Below, in pieces: positions 9,078 through 18,430 of a stretch of DNA of 64,000 nt. How positions within the stretch are numbered: the stretch's first letter is position 1; every line of letters begins with the position of its first letter. Source of the DNA: an uncultured virus (IMG/VR IMGVR_UViG_3300042695_001232) (Duplodnaviria; Heunggongvirae; Uroviricota; Caudoviricetes); IMG/VR virus record IMGVR_UViG_3300042695_001232; one strand, 5' to 3'. The notes below the pieces were generated by a model. The model saw only the letters and a list, made by a program, of their open reading frames with translations. It made no database searches and had not been told where the DNA came from. Made by a program: the position numbers and the translations under genes.

Positions 9078-9378
9078 AATGCTTCTTCGGTTTAGTTGGT
9101 GGCGGACCATCTTTCTTTGGACCTCTTGGACCGCCAGGAGGTGGACCAAAACTTCTCAAAGTCTTACGATCTTCGTCACTGACCTTGAGACGTTCTTCCT
9201 TATCCAATTTGCCATCCTTGTTTGCGTCATACTTTGAAACAATAGAATCACGTTGTTTCTTTTGTTCCTCTGTCAATTTTGGGCGTGGAGGACGGCCTTC
9301 ACCGGGAGGTTGACCCTTTGGACCTTCTTGGGCATTTAAAGCAACTGCAGTCAATAATACTAACAAAACATACTTCAT
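9076..9378 (-). CDS. Secreted EF-hand-like, Pro/Gly-rich protein
   Basis: Signal peptide MKYVLLVLLTAVALNA; DANKDGKLDKEE EF-hand loop; AAAGGA before ATG 9378. Confidence 0.75.
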   Translation of the reverse strand: MKYVLLVLLTAVALNAQEGPKGQPPGEGRPPRPKLTEEQKKQRDSIVSKYDANKDGKLDKEERLKVSDEDRKTLRSFGPPPGGPRGPKKDGPPPTKPKKH

Positions 9379-9476
9379 AAATTTCCTTTCGTGGTTCAGC
9401 TTGACGCTGATGTTCAAAGATACATATGGTTCAATTACTTGTTAGTTTTTTATTTTACACCTCCTTTACAAAATTG

Positions 9477-9504
9477 TTGACATTTGGGTCTTTGTGATTA
9501 TAAT
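9477..9504 (+). promoter_or_regulatory. Consensus sigma70 promoter
   Basis: TTGACA-16-TATAAT, ATG at 9514. Confidence 0.8.
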
Positions 9505-9513
9505 AAAAACATC

Positions 9514-9765
9514 ATGAAAAACTGTGGCTGTGGAAATTATATTCCCGAAGAAAGATTGAATCTCGGATTCAAGGTATGTTTGTCATGTGGCGAACGTATT
9601 GCACAAAAAAAGAAACCTTATGGATACGTTCATTACGGACACAAAACTGCTGGAAGTATTGTTGTGACAACCAAGGCAGCGTTTGATAATTATAGTAAGG
9701 TTTCCTATCGTATGAACAAGGGAAGCAACATGGGTTATGCAAGTCGAATTTCAACCTCTTTTTAA
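9514..9765 (+). CDS. DksA/TraR-like C4 zinc-finger protein
   Basis: CGCGNYIPEERL...CLSC. Confidence 0.6.
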   Translation: MKNCGCGNYIPEERLNLGFKVCLSCGERIAQKKKPYGYVHYGHKTAGSIVVTTKAAFDNYSKVSYRMNKGSNMGYASRISTSF

Positions 9766-9770
9766 TCAAT

Positions 9771-9989
9771 ATGACAATGCGAGAAATTTATAAGACAATT
9801 TACAACGAAGAATTCAATAAACTTCCAAAATGGAAGCAAGTTGCTGTCACCGAAGATATCACAAATAAAAAGTCGTCGGGACTCACAGATGACTTTATTA
9901 AATCTGTAATTGAAAAGGCGGAAAAGTATTACGATCAAAATAAAAATTCTACAACAACAAAAAAAGAAGTGCTTGAGGAATGTGTGTGA
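9771..9989 (+). CDS. Hypothetical protein
   Basis: ORF in operon. Confidence 0.55.
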   Translation: MTMREIYKTIYNEEFNKLPKWKQVAVTEDITNKKSSGLTDDFIKSVIEKAEKYYDQNKNSTTTKKEVLEECV

Positions 9990-10000
9990 TATATCTTATG

Positions 10001-10102
10001 TGAGGACACGATGTTGTACTTACAGATATAACAAAATTGGTCAACGGAGATTAACGTGATTGATCAAGACAGTTATATAAACGAATACAATATTAGTCCT
10101 TA
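10001..10102 (+). other. Long imperfect hairpin in the 5' leader of the DUF262 gene
   Basis: Nested stems TGAGGAC/GTCCTTA, ATGTTGTA/TACAATAT, ATATAAC/GTTATAT, TTGGTCAA/TTGATCAA. Confidence 0.55.
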
Positions 10103-10119
10103 GAAAAGGATATAAACAT

Positions 10120-11706
10120 ATGACAGAAAAATTGTATAAAACCCCTATTCAGGGTTCAAAAACGCAGGAAAAGATCGACAAGGTTATTACAACCGGAATT
10201 GTTGTTCAAAATCAAAACAAACGTGTTGAACGTAAACATTACTCGTTAAAGTATATCATCAACACATTCAAATCTAAATCATTTGAATTCCCAGAAGATT
10301 ATCAACGTGCTCAAGTAACAAGTTGGTCTGGGTTTGGAAGACAATGGGTATCCACCCTATTCGGTAAAGACGGATTTAGCCATTTTGATAAACTTCATAT
10401 TCGTGAAGTTATGGATGACACCGGACATGTAAAGTTGCAAGTGGTAGAAGGCGGTCAACGTCTTCGTTCTATTTATGACTTTTTTCAAGATGACAGCAAA
10501 TATCATCTTGATGAAGACATTGTAGTTCCATATCATGGAAAGATTCTCAATATTGGAGGATTGACATGGAAAGAACTGAGTAACCTTCGACAATATAATC
10601 CAGAACTGGACTCATATCTTGAAGACGTGCTTGTTGAACGCACATTTGACGTTTCACTATACGTCAACTATCCTATTGATGAAATTGCAGATATTTTCCG
10701 CAAGATTAACAATAAGACCAAATTGAATGACCAAGAAATGCGTAACGCATTTGGTGGTGAAGCATGTGTAGCAATTCGTAAAACCGCACGTTTCGATGCA
10801 GAACCACATAAAACATTTAAGTTGCATCCCTTGTTTGAAGTGATTACATCTTCTTCTGGCAAAAACGTTGGACGATGGACTAAAATCAGTTTCGGTCGAT
10901 ACGAAATGGAACGTACTCTTGCTGAGTTGTGTTTGTTTGAGGACGACTTTGACAAGAATACACACTTTACTGTAGGAATTCAATCATTGGATGCAATGTA
11001 TGAACGATATTCTAAGGAAGGAAGTTTCCGTAAACTACTGAATACTGTTAAAGATCGTTTGAGTTTAATTCATACTATGGTTCAACTTAATGATGTTACG
11101 CGGAATTCGGGTATGATTCTCAACAAGGGTACATTGTTCACTTTGTATTCTCTATTGTTTCACGTTGAAAAATACTATTTGAAGAATAATGATGTTGAAT
11201 ATGAAGATCCTCGTAAGTTCTTTATGTGGTTTTGGCTCACTCACTCTGATTTGTCTCAGGTAAAGACATTTGATCCAGTACAAAATAAATTGGTGGTTCA
11301 AATTGATCCTGTAACCGGAAGACCAGTTGAAAGCGCATACGGTCTCAAAACTCGTAAGGCACATCGTAACAAAGATGAATTGGAAGGTATCTTTAACGAA
11401 TGGGAAAAGGTTTTTGAACCAATCGTGAGTGATCCAACTCAACTTAAGAATCTTGGAATCATTTTGAAAGATAAACGTCGTACTATTTCTGACAAAGAAG
11501 CACTCACCGTGTATGCTCGTCAAGATGGTCGGGACGCAATTACAGGACATGTTATGTCAATTGACACTCTTGTAAAAGGACACGTACTTGCTCACGCAAA
11601 AGGCGGTGAATCATCAGTTGACAACACTGTGTTGATCAACAAATTTGATAACCTAAAACAAGGTTCTCAACATTACGATGAATATCTAAAAGAAAAAACA
11701 GTTTAA
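10120..11706 (+). CDS. DUF262 + HNH protein (GmrSD-like)
   Basis: PEDYQR, VVEGGQRL, FRKINN..KLNDQE (DUF262); GHVLAHAKGGES..DN...DN HNH-like C-terminus. Confidence 0.75.
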   Translation: MTEKLYKTPIQGSKTQEKIDKVITTGIVVQNQNKRVERKHYSLKYIINTFKSKSFEFPEDYQRAQVTSWSGFGRQWVSTLFGKDGFSHFDKLHIREVMDDTGHVKLQVVEGGQRLRSIYDFFQDDSKYHLDEDIVVPYHGKILNIGGLTWKELSNLRQYNPELDSYLEDVLVERTFDVSLYVNYPIDEIADIFRKINNKTKLNDQEMRNAFGGEACVAIRKTARFDAEPHKTFKLHPLFEVITSSSGKNVGRWTKISFGRYEMERTLAELCLFEDDFDKNTHFTVGIQSLDAMYERYSKEGSFRKLLNTVKDRLSLIHTMVQLNDVTRNSGMILNKGTLFTLYSLLFHVEKYYLKNNDVEYEDPRKFFMWFWLTHSDLSQVKTFDPVQNKLVVQIDPVTGRPVESAYGLKTRKAHRNKDELEGIFNEWEKVFEPIVSDPTQLKNLGIILKDKRRTISDKEALTVYARQDGRDAITGHVMSIDTLVKGHVLAHAKGGESSVDNTVLINKFDNLKQGSQHYDEYLKEKTV

Positions 11707-11714
11707 CACCACAC

Positions 11715-11739
11715 AAACCCACCGAAAGGTGGGTTTTTT
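11715..11739 (+). terminator. Intrinsic terminator
   Basis: AAACCCACC-GAAA-GGTGGGTTTTTT. Confidence 0.9.
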
Positions 11740-11740
11740 A

Positions 11741-11768
11741 TTGACTTAAACCATATATAGAGTAACAT
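11741..11768 (+). promoter_or_regulatory. Sigma70-like promoter, leaderless geometry
   Basis: TTGACT-16-TAACAT, 6 nt, ATG 11775. Confidence 0.7.
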
Positions 11769-11774
11769 ACGGTT

Positions 11775-12794
11775 ATGAAAGTTGCTACAATCGAAGAAAT
11801 CGCTGAGGTAATTCCTCACCCAAATGCTGACGCTCTTGAACTCGCCAAGATCAAAGGGTGGCAGGTATGTATTAAAAAAGGTGAATTTAAGAAAGGTGAT
11901 CTTTGCATCTATATTTGCGTTGATAGCGTTCTTGAAGACAAACCCATATATGAGTTCTTGCGTAACAAGAATTTCCGTATTAAGACCGTCAAACTTCGTG
12001 GTCAAATCAGTCAGGGTATCGCATTTCCCATGAGTTTATTCAAGACTCTTGGACATGATACCGTTGTGTTTACAGAGCCAGATGTTATCGGAAGTGATGT
12101 AAGTCAATATGTTTACGCTAAACACTATGAGAAGCCTCTTTCTGCACAACTTTCTGGACAAGTATATGGTCTTATGCCTTCATATCTTCGTAAGACGGAT
12201 GAAGACAACATTAAGAACAATCCCGAGATCATTCAAGAGCTTACCGGAAAGCCATACTATATTACTGTGAAGGTGGATGGTAGCAGTGGAACTTACTTCT
12301 ACAAGAACGATGTTGGATTTGGTGTTTGTAGTCGAAACTATCAACTCAAAGAAGACGATAAGAATAGTTTTTGGGGTGTTGCTAGAAAGTATGATCTTGA
12401 GACCAAATTGAAGAATGATGGTCGTAACCTTGCCATTCAAGGTGAGGTTTACGGACCTGGCATTCAAGGAAATCTACTTGGGGTTAAGGATATTCAGTTT
12501 CGTGCATTCAATCTATTTGACATTGATAACTACAAGTATCTTGATCGTAACGAGCTTTTGAGATTTTGTGATGTGAATGATATTCCTGTTGTTGAAACCA
12601 TTGAGGATGGTACTTTTTTCGACAGGACTCTTCAAGAATTGCAGAATTTTGCCAACAATCTCGTTTATGAGAATGGTAATCTAGCTGAGGGTATTGTAAT
12701 TCGTCCTACTGTAGAGACTTATAGTGAGACTCTAAAGGGACGTTTGTCTGGTAAGATTATTAGTGAGCCATTCGAACTTAAATACAACGATTAA
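11775..12794 (+). CDS. RNA ligase, DRB0094/Rnl2-like family
   Basis: HPNADALE..GWQV N-domain; KTDE, KVDGSS, CSRN, IQGEVYGPGIQGN, EGIVIR. Confidence 0.9.
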   Translation: MKVATIEEIAEVIPHPNADALELAKIKGWQVCIKKGEFKKGDLCIYICVDSVLEDKPIYEFLRNKNFRIKTVKLRGQISQGIAFPMSLFKTLGHDTVVFTEPDVIGSDVSQYVYAKHYEKPLSAQLSGQVYGLMPSYLRKTDEDNIKNNPEIIQELTGKPYYITVKVDGSSGTYFYKNDVGFGVCSRNYQLKEDDKNSFWGVARKYDLETKLKNDGRNLAIQGEVYGPGIQGNLLGVKDIQFRAFNLFDIDNYKYLDRNELLRFCDVNDIPVVETIEDGTFFDRTLQELQNFANNLVYENGNLAEGIVIRPTVETYSETLKGRLSGKIISEPFELKYND

Positions 12795-13579
12795 CTATAG
12801 TGTGGTGGTTCTTTTTCTTGACTGCCACTTTCTTTTTCAACAACAATACTAGGTTTTCCATTAAAATTTCTACCTATTTTTCCGTATAACTTTTCTGCGG
12901 TAGGTATTAATTCACTTGGAGTACGTATTGGGATAGTATCAATCAATTCATATTTATCATACCACCAACCACCTTCCTCATATCCTCCTAGTGCTCTTGT
13001 AATATCATATAAACTGACGTATAACGGATAATTCAATTCATTGTGAGAATCATTACGATGATGTATCAAACTATACAATTTATGATACGTATCGTGTATT
13101 TTTTTAACATTTTCAATATCCTGATCTGTAATATTTAGGTTTTTAAGTTCATCGGGGATATTCTTATGAGAAGGATCGGTTTTTGCCAAATCAATAAAAC
13201 TAATTAACCAATGGTGCATGGACCAATAATTTTCGTATTCTGCAAATAGACGGTCTATGTAAGACTGAAACTTTTGATAAAACTCTGGCATTTTATCTTT
13301 TATGTACTTATAAAGAACCCCGGTACGTTTTTTATCATCTTGATCTGAGTGTTCATATGGAACATCAACTATGTGATCAATATGTGCGGTTTCTTTAAAA
13401 TCTTCATCATCGTTGTGTTTGGGTCTATAATTTGGATAACCCAATCCATGAGGAAAATTCGTTCCTCCAATTTTCATTCCCGGTTCCAAATCGCTGCCTG
13501 GTCTAACCCAATCGTCTCCTTCATCACCGTTTGGTTTTTTAGCTTCAAATAAATGTTTAAAAAAGTCTTTATAGTCCAT
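12791..13579 (-). CDS. Putative head-internal protein
   Basis: MDYKDFFKHLFE leader; C-terminal GGYEEGGWWYD domain; TATTTAT motif upstream. Confidence 0.6.
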   Translation of the reverse strand: MDYKDFFKHLFEAKKPNGDEGDDWVRPGSDLEPGMKIGGTNFPHGLGYPNYRPKHNDDEDFKETAHIDHIVDVPYEHSDQDDKKRTGVLYKYIKDKMPEFYQKFQSYIDRLFAEYENYWSMHHWLISFIDLAKTDPSHKNIPDELKNLNITDQDIENVKKIHDTYHKLYSLIHHRNDSHNELNYPLYVSLYDITRALGGYEEGGWWYDKYELIDTIPIRTPSELIPTAEKLYGKIGRNFNGKPSIVVEKESGSQEKEPPHYS

Positions 13580-13640
13580 GATGATAAATATAAATAAAAA
13601 ACGACTTTACAAACTATTTTTCTTACTATACAGTAACCAT

Positions 13641-14099
13641 ATGAACAACTTTATAATTACAGTTGGAGCACCCGGAAGTGGAAAATCAACGTGGGTTGAA
13701 AAGTATAAGACAACTCATGCCGATACCACATTTTTGAGCAGTGATGCTCTTCGTGCAGTATTTGGCAAGAATGAAAACGATCAAACTGTTAGTGGTCGTG
13801 TATTTGAACACATGGAGAACGAAGTTGATCGACTTTTGAGTGAAGGAAAAGATGTGTGTATTGACGCAACCAATATGCATCGTAAAGCACGTAAAGTTTG
13901 GATTACTTTGGCAAAGCAACATGGTGCAATATTGACTGCCTACGTTTTTGTTGTGAATCGTGATACATTGATAGAACGCAATAAAAAGCGTGGGGAAACG
14001 GGAGGCAGAAACGTTCCTGTGGATGTTATTGATCGTATGTTGACTAATTATGTTGAACCTTCAAAAGAAGAAGGTTTTGATGAAGTGCATTTTGTATGA
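13641..14099 (+). CDS. Polynucleotide kinase-like P-loop protein (AAA_33)
   Basis: GAPGSGKST, SSDALR, IDATN, ERN..R, VP..VI; TTTACA-17-TACAGT-6-ATG. Confidence 0.85.
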   Translation: MNNFIITVGAPGSGKSTWVEKYKTTHADTTFLSSDALRAVFGKNENDQTVSGRVFEHMENEVDRLLSEGKDVCIDATNMHRKARKVWITLAKQHGAILTAYVFVVNRDTLIERNKKRGETGGRNVPVDVIDRMLTNYVEPSKEEGFDEVHFV

Positions 14100-14476
14100 A
14101 CAAGTATTATTTATTTTTGGACGATATTAGAATTCCAAATGATGTTAGATGGGTTAAACTGCCTAACGTGGAGTGGACTATTATTCGTAACTATTCAGAA
14201 TTTCGTAACATTATATTGAGTTTGGGTATTCCTGAGTTCGTTGCGTATGATCATGATTTGGCAGACAAACATTATGGTCATGGATTGAATGGTGATGAAA
14301 TTGATTATAGTCAATACACAGAAAAAACTGGTTATGACTGTTGTCAGTTTCTACTTAATCAGTGCAACAATAAGAGTATTAAACATCCACCATATGTGGT
14401 TCATAGTATGAATCCGGTGGGTGCAAATAATATTCGTAACATTATTGAAAGGTATAACAGAACTGTATCTGTATGA
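14096..14476 (+). CDS. Cyclic-phosphate processing receiver-domain protein
   Basis: LFLDDIR, YDHDL, KTGYD, VHSMNPVG. Confidence 0.75.
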   Translation: MNKYYLFLDDIRIPNDVRWVKLPNVEWTIIRNYSEFRNIILSLGIPEFVAYDHDLADKHYGHGLNGDEIDYSQYTEKTGYDCCQFLLNQCNNKSIKHPPYVVHSMNPVGANNIRNIIERYNRTVSV

Positions 14477-14620
14477 TCATTTGGATTACCGGACAACCAT
14501 CAACGTGAAGGTCGAATGGTTGATTATTATTCACCACCCACCGACGATTATTTACATATTGACACCGACACACATACTGTGGTAGAAACACAACTCAAAT
14601 CGTTAACTTATATTTTGACA
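14473..14620 (+). pseudogene. Internally deleted adenylylsulfate-kinase (CysC)-like remnant
   Basis: MIIWITGQPST* joined out of frame to REGRMVDYYSPPTDDYLHIDT. Confidence 0.6.
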
Positions 14621-14622
14621 CC

Positions 14623-15099
14623 ATGTTTAAAGCAATTGCAGCAATGGATAAAAACCGTCTGATTGGACGGGGTGGTGGACTTCCTTGGCCAAGTATCAAG
14701 GAAGACTTTCAGTGGTTCAAGACATTTACTGCCAATCAGTATCTTGTTGTTGGATCTACTACGTATCGAACACTTCCACCTCTTCCTGGCAGAAAGTTGT
14801 TGGTATTGACGGATAACTTTACAGACCGTTGGTTCAATCCGTTTAACGACACCGCAATGTGTACGTTGTCATATGTTGATATACTGAAGGTTGCTGAAAA
14901 ACGTGATGTAATTGTAATTGGTGGTGCCAAGACATATGAAGTGTTTATGGACGCAATTGATGAATTTTATATTACACAGGTTAATGGTGAATATGAAGGT
15001 GATACTTATATGCCAGAACTTGGTAAACACTTAAACAAGGTTTCAAAGTTTATTGAATTTGATGGGGGACACAAAGTTGACAAATATTCAAGATCATAA
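14623..15099 (+). CDS. folA: Dihydrofolate reductase
   Basis: AAMDKNRLIG..GLPW..EDFQWF, LPGR, VIGGA, EGDTY. Confidence 0.92.
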   Translation: MFKAIAAMDKNRLIGRGGGLPWPSIKEDFQWFKTFTANQYLVVGSTTYRTLPPLPGRKLLVLTDNFTDRWFNPFNDTAMCTLSYVDILKVAEKRDVIVIGGAKTYEVFMDAIDEFYITQVNGEYEGDTYMPELGKHLNKVSKFIEFDGGHKVDKYSRS

Positions 15100-15100
15100 T

Positions 15101-15331
15101 ATGAATTATATAATATGGAAAAGTAAGGTTGATAAAAAATTTGACGTATGGGTTGAACGAGTTGCACCATACGAAGGTGAATTGGTTATCAGTGAAGATG
15201 GTAAAATGTTGACAGTTCAACAGGTTACGATAACATATGATGCAAAATTTGGACCCGATATCAATGACGTTAGAGACTGGGAAAGCTCTTGTATAGACTT
15301 TATCGACAACAAATATCAAAAAAATGAATAA
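15101..15331 (+). CDS. Hypothetical protein
   Basis: ORF between folA and thyA. Confidence 0.6.
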   Translation: MNYIIWKSKVDKKFDVWVERVAPYEGELVISEDGKMLTVQQVTITYDAKFGPDINDVRDWESSCIDFIDNKYQKNE

Positions 15332-16508
15332 TTACGAAGAACAATATATCAACTTACTAAATGACATTTGTGAGGTAGGCACACTCTCCAAGAATCGAAC
15401 CGGTATAAATACCCGTAAAGTTTGGGGTGCTCAAATGTATGTTAATCTACAAAGTGGATTTCCTCTACTTACTACAAAGAAAATGCACTGGAAGAGTGTA
15501 GTGCATGAACTACTGTGGATGATTAAAGGAGATACTAACATTCAGTATCTTCTAAAGAATGGTGTTACATTCTGGACAGAATGGCCCTATCAAAAGTATC
15601 TTAACCATTGCAAAACACTCACCGACCCCGATTATGATGTTCATATCGAGGATCTTGAAAAAAATTGTGTGCGTGAAATGACACAAAAAGAATTTGAACA
15701 AGAAATCATCAATAACGATGAATTTGCCAAAACGTGGGGTAGCATTGGACAATATGGTTATGGTGGAATGTGGAGAAAGTTTCCTTTTTATGATGATAGT
15801 GATCCCCATTGCAACAAAGTTCCTACTACAACTACAATTGGTGCTAAATTAGATTGTCATTATGAAACAAGTGGTGGATACGCTTGTGAAGTTGGACATG
15901 TAGATCAGTTAGTTGATGTAATAGACACACTAAAGAACAATCCAGATAGTCGTAGAATCATTATTACCGCATGGCATCCATATCATAGTAATAACCGAGA
16001 AGATGCTCTATTGCCAGCCTGTCACAATTATATTCAGTTTGGTACAGAAGAATTGACCCTAGAAGAAAGATTTAATATTTTTTCAAATGGATGGAATGTA
16101 GAAGAAGCAAAGAATGAGTGGAATAAAAATGGATTTACAGATTACGATTCCCTTCTTACAGATCATTATATTCCAAAATATCGTTTGAATTGTTACTTTA
16201 ATATGCGCAGTACGGACGCACCATTAGGTTTACCATACAACATCGCTTTTTATGCTCTATTTACTCACTTGATGGCTCATTGTTTAAATATGATTCCAAG
16301 TCAATTAGTTTATAGTGGTGCTGATGTACATATCTATGAAAACCAACAAGAAGGAATTACAGAACAATTGACTAGAACTCCCGGTAAATTGCCTAAGTTG
16401 GTTTTAAAGCCAGAATGTCCTACCAATTTGTTTGATATTAAGTTTGACCACATTGATATTGTGGACTATAATCCTCAAGCACACATTAAAATGCCTGTAG
16501 CTGTATAA
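15324..16508 (+). CDS. thyA: Thymidylate synthase with insertions
   Basis: NRTG, FPLLTTKK, ELLW, NPDSRRII, LPACH, RSTD..LGLPYN, DVHIY. Confidence 0.95.
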   Translation: MNNYEEQYINLLNDICEVGTLSKNRTGINTRKVWGAQMYVNLQSGFPLLTTKKMHWKSVVHELLWMIKGDTNIQYLLKNGVTFWTEWPYQKYLNHCKTLTDPDYDVHIEDLEKNCVREMTQKEFEQEIINNDEFAKTWGSIGQYGYGGMWRKFPFYDDSDPHCNKVPTTTTIGAKLDCHYETSGGYACEVGHVDQLVDVIDTLKNNPDSRRIIITAWHPYHSNNREDALLPACHNYIQFGTEELTLEERFNIFSNGWNVEEAKNEWNKNGFTDYDSLLTDHYIPKYRLNCYFNMRSTDAPLGLPYNIAFYALFTHLMAHCLNMIPSQLVYSGADVHIYENQQEGITEQLTRTPGKLPKLVLKPECPTNLFDIKFDHIDIVDYNPQAHIKMPVAV

Positions 16509-16511
16509 CTT

Positions 16512-16757
16512 ATGAATGATCACATTAAAGAAATGATTGAAGAACATAATCTTCTAGTTATGGATGGATTCGATGATTGTATCGATGGTATTGTATACGG
16601 TAAAATGCGTGAATTGGTAGTAGTATATGACCGTGAAAAAGTTATTGAAAAAATCATGACGCATGGCATGACTTATGCAGAAGCAGAAGAGTACCATGAA
16701 TACAATCAGGCAGACGCATGGGTTGGTGACACAACTCCTATGTTTATAATTAAATGA
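16512..16757 (+). CDS. Conserved phage hypothetical protein
   Basis: DGFDDCIDG..VYD..AEEY.EYN..AWVG..TP. Confidence 0.65.
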   Translation: MNDHIKEMIEEHNLLVMDGFDDCIDGIVYGKMRELVVVYDREKVIEKIMTHGMTYAEAEEYHEYNQADAWVGDTTPMFIIK

Positions 16758-17092
16758 AACTACTACTTGGAATTGGAATATTAACTTTTGTTTATATCAT
16801 TGGTTGGCATCAACTATATGGACAGTTTATTGCAGAATGGTATAAAAAGTATCAAAATTGGTTGGTACTTATTAGTATACCGAATACGTTGTTGTCAATT
16901 TATTCGGTTAAACTTATTAGTGAACATTTTGAAGGAAAGATGTGGCCAAATCGTATTCTCACATTTAGTATAGGAATTGTGATGTTTACGTTATTGACTC
17001 AAATATATTTTAATGAGAAAATTAACCTCAAAACACTTGTATTGATTGCATTGAGTGGTATCATTGTAGCTTTACAAGTTATTTGGAAATAA
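16754..17092 (+). CDS. Four-TM membrane protein (DMT/SMR-like)
   Basis: Four hydrophobic helices, FNEKINLKT motif. Confidence 0.6.
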   Translation: MKLLLGIGILTFVYIIGWHQLYGQFIAEWYKKYQNWLVLISIPNTLLSIYSVKLISEHFEGKMWPNRILTFSIGIVMFTLLTQIYFNEKINLKTLVLIALSGIIVALQVIWK

Positions 17093-17097
17093 ATCAT

Positions 17098-17454
17098 ATG
17101 GCATTTGAAAAACTAAAAATTGTACCCAAAGGATGGGGATTTGAAAAATGGATTGTAAACAACGAAAAGTATTGTGGTAAGATACTTTACATTGTAAAAG
17201 ACCACAAGTGTAGTTGGCATTATCACAAAATAAAAGATGAAACTTTTTATGTACAAAGTGGTAAAATCGAACTCCGATATGGTAAAGATCATGATATTAA
17301 CATGTCAACATCCGTAGTTCTAAACAAAGGTGACCATTTTCATATTCCAGTTGGTCTAGTACATCAAATGCGTGCTATCGAAGATACTGAACTGTTTGAA
17401 TTTAGTACGCAACATTTTGATGAAGACTCTATACGTATTTTAAAAGGAGATTAA
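17098..17454 (+). CDS. Cupin (sugar isomerase-like)
   Basis: VPKGWGFE, SWHYHKIKDETF, PVGLVH. Confidence 0.8.
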   Translation: MAFEKLKIVPKGWGFEKWIVNNEKYCGKILYIVKDHKCSWHYHKIKDETFYVQSGKIELRYGKDHDINMSTSVVLNKGDHFHIPVGLVHQMRAIEDTELFEFSTQHFDEDSIRILKGD

Positions 17455-17455
17455 T

Positions 17456-17644
17456 ATGAACAATACTATTACCAAACTTAAAAACGGTGACTTCAAAGTC
17501 GAACAAAACGAAAAGTGTATTTTATGTAACGTCGAAACTGATGTGTCACTATCTATGAACGTAGATTTCAGGACCAATTATATTGATGGTGCTGGACAGT
17601 TGTGTCATAAGTGTGCAATCGATCTCAATCAAAAAATAGTTTGA
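17456..17644 (+). CDS. Small Zn-binding hypothetical protein
   Basis: CILC...YIDGAGQLCHKC. Confidence 0.6.
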   Translation: MNNTITKLKNGDFKVEQNEKCILCNVETDVSLSMNVDFRTNYIDGAGQLCHKCAIDLNQKIV

Positions 17645-17688
17645 CTTGAACGCTACTTTCACTTATAGTTTTGACATAGGAAAAAACT

Positions 17689-18321
17689 GTGCCTAACTAT
17701 TTTAAACACAAGTTATCATTACTGACTGAAAATCACCCAAAGGTATCTGAACTGGAATATCTTATAGAAATTCTACCTCCGTTAGGTGAAGACGGTCCTT
17801 GGATTGCTGGTGGATCATTGTTTAGAACCAAACTTGATTTACCAATGACCACCGATATCGATCTGTTTTTTAAAAATTCTAATCAATTATCTGATTATAA
17901 ATTAAAGTTAAAATCCGACTATGAAGGTAAAAAGTTTGTATTCGTAAAGGAGGAGTTGCGTAAAAACGCAACTAATGTAACTGTCAAATACAATGAACGT
18001 ACTTTTGTCATACAACTAATACACAGAAAGTATTATGATGGACCATGTAAACTATTAGATGAATTTGATTTGAATATTTGTCAATTGGCATATGATGGTA
18101 AATATCTGTTTGTAGCAGAAGGTACTATCGAATCTATAGAAAATCGATCTATCATGATAAATGAAGTAGTAAATGCGCATCATACTATGGCACGTTGTAT
18201 GAAATATGCAAAGTATGGGTTTAATATTTCCAATAGTGAAATTGAAAAGTTTTTCTCAAAAATAACAAAAAATACTGAAACAATAGTTAAAGTTCAAGAT
18301 TATGCAGAAGAATTATTCTAA
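17689..18321 (+). CDS. Nucleotidyltransferase (tRNA-NTase/poly(A) polymerase head-like)
   Basis: WIAGGS, TDIDLF, FDLNICQ, R..KY..YGF; upstream TTGACT-17-TATAGT. Confidence 0.7.
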   Translation: MPNYFKHKLSLLTENHPKVSELEYLIEILPPLGEDGPWIAGGSLFRTKLDLPMTTDIDLFFKNSNQLSDYKLKLKSDYEGKKFVFVKEELRKNATNVTVKYNERTFVIQLIHRKYYDGPCKLLDEFDLNICQLAYDGKYLFVAEGTIESIENRSIMINEVVNAHHTMARCMKYAKYGFNISNSEIEKFFSKITKNTETIVKVQDYAEELF

Positions 18322-18430
18322 TACATCTGGTCAAAACGGAAAAGGTGATTCTCCACGTCCTGTTAAAAAAAGCGTGTATGACAAAAATTACGATAACATT
18401 AATTGGGGAAGAACTAAAAAGAAAAAATGA
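18302..18430 (+). CDS. Small phage protein (42 aa, not in ORF track)
   Basis: MQKNYSNTSGQNGKGDSPRPVKKSVYDKNYDNINWGRTKKKK; ATGA overlap with next gene. Confidence 0.6.
   Translation: MQKNYSNTSGQNGKGDSPRPVKKSVYDKNYDNINWGRTKKKK

Noticed and set aside
15324..16508. Intein or dCMP hydroxymethylase explaining the long ThyA
   Set aside because: Insertions are short with no splice motifs, and the dUMP-specifying Asn (LGLPYN) is present
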